A stretch of 64,000 nucleotides of DNA from Eledone cirrhosa (Eukaryota). This document shows, piece by piece, positions 57,816 to 64,000 of this stretch. How positions within the stretch are numbered: position 1 is the first letter of the stretch; the number at the start of each line of letters is the position of its first letter. The translations under genes were made by a program, and so were the position numbers. The stretch is from contig OZ024754.1 of the NCBI GenBank assembly GCA_964016885.1, positions 45,818,001 to 45,882,000 on the forward strand. Reading direction: 5' to 3'. The notes beneath the pieces are model-generated. The model was not told the origin of the DNA and did not search any database. It worked only from the letters and a program-made list of their open reading frames with translations.

Positions 57816-58495
57816 ATACTGGTATAGATTACCAGACACTCATATATCCCACGTATGGCAATCACTCATGAAAAAACTTCTCAAATATACATTTCTGTAG
57901 GCACACGCATAATATATGTATGTATAAATATAAATATATATATATATATAAACGTATATATATATGTATACATATATACATATTATATATTTATGTATAT
58001 ATATACAAATATATACATATATATATGTATATATGTACATATATATGTGTACGTATATGTATATATATACAAATATATACATATATATATGTATATATGT
58101 ACATATATATGTGTACGTATATGTATATATATATACATATATACATAGATATTTATGTAAATATATATATATATGTTTGTATGTATATAAGTATGAATGT
58201 ATGTATGCATTTATATATACACGCATATAAGTGTCTGTGTGAAAACATGTCTATGTGTGTGTCTGTCTGTATATATATATATATATATATGCATTACTAC
58301 ATACGTCATCATAAATACACACACAAAAGCCATCACAATCACAACCATATATTACTACACACTCATACACCTACACAGTTATAGCCAACAAGTAATTTAT
58401 TAAATCTTATCATATTTTCCACACAAATAAACTTCCACAATGCTTGGCATATTTCTTAAGATTATTGTTTTTTATATTTTATATTTTACTTTCTA

Positions 58496-58562
<67 letters not shown>

Positions 58563-58563
58563 A

Positions 58564-58595
<32 letters not shown>

Positions 58596-58879
58596 ACCGA
58601 TCTATCTACCTATCTATCTATCATTCTCTCCTTATATTTCTCTCCTATTTTTCTCTCCACTCTTACCCCTCTTTCCCTAATATTTTTTTCTTTTCAATCT
58701 TCTTATATTGATAATTCTTCTCTCCTTCTCTCCTCATTCCGCTGTTTTCTCTCAACTTTCTTTCCCATCAATATTTTTCTTCTTTCTTCTCTTGTCCGAC
58801 ATTATAATCTCTTTATATCTGGTTTGTGTATATAATTCTATCTATCTATGTATCTCTTTATCTATCCCTCTATCCACCT

Positions 58880-60369
<1,490 letters not shown>

Positions 60370-61098
60370 TCTACTTATCTCTCTATCATAATTTCTATCT
60401 CGATAACTAGAGAGATATACATTCATACATATATCTGTATTTAAACACATACACCTGTGCACTTGTTAATATATATATATATATATATACAACACACATG
60501 ATTATGTGCCTACATGTATGTATATACTTATATACACATATACACTGGCACTCTATAAGACAGATGAACAGACTTGATTGAATATTTCTTTAAGTCATAA
60601 ATTCTTGTTGCTATATGCCTTTGCATATAAATAGATAGATGTGTATGTAGGTAGGTAGTTATGTAGGTAAATAGGTAGGTATATATGTTGCTAGGACACA
60701 GGGAGTTTAGGGGGTAGGTTGAGGAGAGAGATAAAAAAAAGTAGTAACTACTAAAGAGTCTCTGTGTGAGATTTTTTTTCTCCAATTTTGACATACATTA
60801 TATAGTAGCAATTCTATGACCATTTCACATAAAGATGTACATTCCAATATTTTCATTTTTCTTGTGAGGTGAGGTGCTGAGCAGAAGACACGCTACTCAC
60901 CTGCCAAATTCTAAACTTGTTTCAATGGTTGCCTTTAATAATTTTTCTTCAATTAGATCGTTAAGGAAGTCGTAAATGTCAGACATTTACAATGATTTTT
61001 TATTTTATTTTATTCTTTTTATTCTCTAAAATTGCTGTCTGATGCATTGGTGTCTACTTTTCAAGCCCAATATTACAGAGATTGCCAACAATAATAAT

Positions 61099-61285
61099 TG
61101 TTTCTACTTTTGGCACAAGGCCAGCAATTATCCCAGTGCATTACTGGTACTTTATTTTATCGACCCCGTAAGGATGAAAGGCAAAGTTAACCTCGGCGGG
61201 ATTTGAACTCAGAATGGCAAGGGCCGTAACTCTATGCGTCAAAGCATGGCGTTCGACCCTCTACCGATACCGCCAGTCCACCGCC
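61099..61285 (-). mobile_element. SINE of the internally deleted subfamily with 18-bp TSD
   Basis: ATTGCCAACAATAATAAT at 61081-61098 and 61286-61303; B-box GGGATTTGAACTC on the plus strand. Confidence 0.9.
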
Positions 61286-61558
61286 ATTGCCAACAATAAT
61301 AATGATATAAATATAGAATCGAAATCATGTGATTTTTATGGCTTTCCCATTCGCAATATATATATAAGTGTAGTCCAGTTATGGTACTCCGAGTAGTGGA
61401 TGATATCAACGCTTGGCTAAGTTTGACTCAACAAGGCGTTTCCATAGTGATGCTACGAGTACGCGGTAATTTCTATGTTGTAAACACTTGGAGTAATGAT
61501 AAATCAGGAAAGAAGAGTGAGACGGTTTTCTATACAAAAAAGGTTTTTTAATCTTATT

Positions 61559-61663
61559 GCTGACAATTGTTTCTCTGAACTGGTAGGTGTAGAGATCGCT
61601 ACCGCTTGTTTTCACGTCATTCGATCACCAATACATAGTTGTAACCAGTCAATTCATCGGAGC
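61559..61663 (-). ncRNA. Hammerhead-like motif with CCGAUGA core and palindromic stem III
   Basis: GCU-CCGAUGA-AUUGACUGG...CCAGUUCAGA-GAAA-CAAUUG-UC-AGC. Confidence 0.6.
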
Positions 61664-61682
61664 TTCACAAGCTCCGATGAAT
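61652..61682. repeat. Perfect 14-bp hairpin at the (TA)n junction
   Basis: ATTCATCGGAGCTT-CAC-AAGCTCCGATGAAT. Confidence 0.9.
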
Positions 61683-61687
61683 ATATA

Positions 61688-61791
<104 letters not shown>

Positions 61792-62540
61792 TGACATGGA
61801 GGAAGGAGCAGAACCCATGACCTTCGTGGATACTATGAAAACGGGGGACTCGGTGGGGTTAAGGATTCATGCTTCTGTAATACAAGGTTTCTGTTAATAC
61901 AACTGCAAGATGGTTGACGCTGGAAAATGTTAGTATGGAGCAAATTCAAGAGCGATGTTTTGGGAAAGAATAACACGAAAACGTGGTTAGTTTGTGCTTC
62001 AATTGCTGTATATAAGTGGTATAGAAAGGAAATATAACATAGTTAAGTGGGTCTATCAGCCCAGAAGAGTAGAAGTGCCTCTGGTAGCAGTAGAAGAGCA
62101 TGTCTGTGGGCAAGATTCTTGAGTCTACTAACGAACTACTAAATGCCAATCAATGGTGCAGATATTTTTTTAAAGCAGTTTAGAATATTTGTATTATTTT
62201 GGTCGACGTAACAATAGCATATCTTGTGACTCTCATTTGATGTGTAGTGAAACTGATATAAGCAGAGTTTACTGATTATATGTAAGAATTACATCTCTAT
62301 AGAACTGAACAGTCAGCGTATCACTTGTATTGGTTTATATCGTGATAGATTCACACTTCTTATATTTCTTTCTTGAATGAAATGTGATGTTTTTACATCT
62401 CACATTTCTCCATTTCTGAAATATCACTGATCACACATCTGTGAACAACTCACATAGTTCTTCTTAAGATATACACTCTGCTATACCATAAACTGTTACT
62501 ATTCATACCTTCCTCACTAAATCACAAAACTACTAAATTT

Positions 62541-62683
62541 TCTTCGTCTTCTTACTCGTCTTCTTCTTTATCTTCTTCGCCCACTTATTCGAGGGGTCAG
62601 AGTCCTCAAACTCTCCCTCCAGTGGGTCCTATCAGAAGCAACCGTCTCTGAATAATCTGGCTGGATATTCCAACCACATGTCC
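62541..62683 (-). mobile_element. RTE LINE 3' end relic with (GAA)n-type tail
   Basis: Minus strand ETVASDRTHWRESLRTLTPR followed by GAAGAAGAT/GAC repeats. Confidence 0.6.
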
Positions 62684-63419
62684 ATAATACTGTGATCACA
62701 TAAATTAATATATTGGCTCTATTAGCCATAGAAAGTTATGTATGATAAATAACTGAATATTAAACACCTACATCAATATAATATTATGTTCCTCGTATCA
62801 AAAGGATGATTGATCTCATGACACAGGAAATCGTTCTTGGTTATTTGCTCTGATCAGGTCATTTGATGGATTATATTACCACCATGCTGGTAAAGTCTTC
62901 ATATGGCGTATTTCTCTCGAAAGGCAATGAATAACTACGAGAAATACAAATTAGAAGATTCCCTTGGCTTGTCATGGGATTCACTCTCACTGCCACTGTT
63001 ACTCGTATCAATATTAAAGGGACATGTTAACAATTAACTCATTTATCAGATTTCTCTTCTTAGCGATATCTAAGTAAAATTTCAATAGATTCATATCTAC
63101 CAGAGACTTTCATTCTTATATTATGCACATGTGATTTTTCGCCTTCTAGATCTTCGGTAAAAGCAAGTTTATTGCATTTTATATTAGAAACGATTTTAAA
63201 ATCTCCGATAAAGAACCTTTCAAACTTTACCGTATAGAGTTCTATCCAGATTTGATGTCTTTGTTTGTAAGATACTTGTCAGACCTCCCCTGAATACCGT
63301 ACATCGATGAGGTGTTGTTGAGCATTTGTTTTTGGTATATCTTCCCCCTATTTTCTGTTGTCTTACTTTATATATAAACCACTTTCTCAATTTCACTTCT
63401 AAAGAGACACATACTTACC

Positions 63420-63565
63420 GAAGCTGACAAAGCTGGCCATTCGAACTATAAGTACAACTCATTTTTGCCAGTTGAGCGGACTGGAGCAACGTGAAATAAA
63501 ATGTCTTCCTCAAGGTCACAACGCACCGCCCCAAATACCCTAACCTAAACGCCACGCACCTTCAC
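63420..63565 (-). mobile_element. Partial SINE, family of 42914-43230
   Basis: GGACTGGAGCAACGTGAAATAAAATGTCTTCCTCAAGGTCACAAC...CCACGC. Confidence 0.7.
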
Positions 63566-64000
63566 AGTGTCCCTGCTACATACGTAATAATGTAGTAACA
63601 TATTAATGTATTCAGACAGAAAGATATCACTCTGTCCATTAGCCAACATCCAGTCAGCCTCACTTTAAACATTATATATTGAAGACACCACGCAGTTAGT
63701 TTCTTTTTCTGTGTATTCTGTTATTAGTGTAATAGATTCAACTATTGTCAAACACGATACAGTACACTAGACTGGTTAAATACACACTCAAACTCAACAC
63801 GATACACTGAACTTACTAAATACATAATACACTCGTTCAAACAGCACTGAAGCACAGGACTGACTAAATACATAACACACCCATTCAAAGACTGTCCAAT
63901 GCATCTATTACTTATATAACCGTCATACATAAATTGTGTCTCTCTACCGACACTTCCAGTTCTTCCTGATGAGAAACTCTTCCTGGAAGTTCAGAAATAA

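Noticed and set aside
62830-63350. Possible decayed transposase or recombinase coding relic
   Set aside because: No recognisable motif series in any frame

Overview
AT-rich, microsatellite-saturated eukaryotic non-coding DNA. The tRNA-derived SINE families and (TA)n/(CA)n/(GA)n density point to an octopus (coleoid cephalopod) intron or intergenic region; this is an inference. No host protein-coding exon can be supported, and nearly all long ORFs in the track ([12 protein letters not shown], poly-V/T/H) are microsatellite artefacts. Real coding sequence is transposon-derived: a 5'-truncated but uninterrupted CR1-group LINE RT (25.3-27.2 kb, -), a Neptune-type Penelope-like element (RT + Cys linker + GIY-YIG, three lesions) with a 408-bp inverted terminal copy (35.0-38.0 kb), and relics of a second Penelope, RTE, CRE-type and Helitron proteins. 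A non-autonomous Helitron, a hAT MITE, many SINEs and several minisatellites are also present. The most notable pattern is that many short islands between (TA)n tracts share one asymmetric fold-back layout: (TA)n - unique tail - arm - loop/spacer - inverted arm - (TA)n. They come from several unrelated sequence families and repeatedly carry minimal type I hammerhead ribozyme motifs with palindromic stem III, including two non-canonical cores (CCGANGA; UUGAAAA...GCAA). Several fold-back points lie on or beside the ribozyme. All alignments and folds were done by eye.
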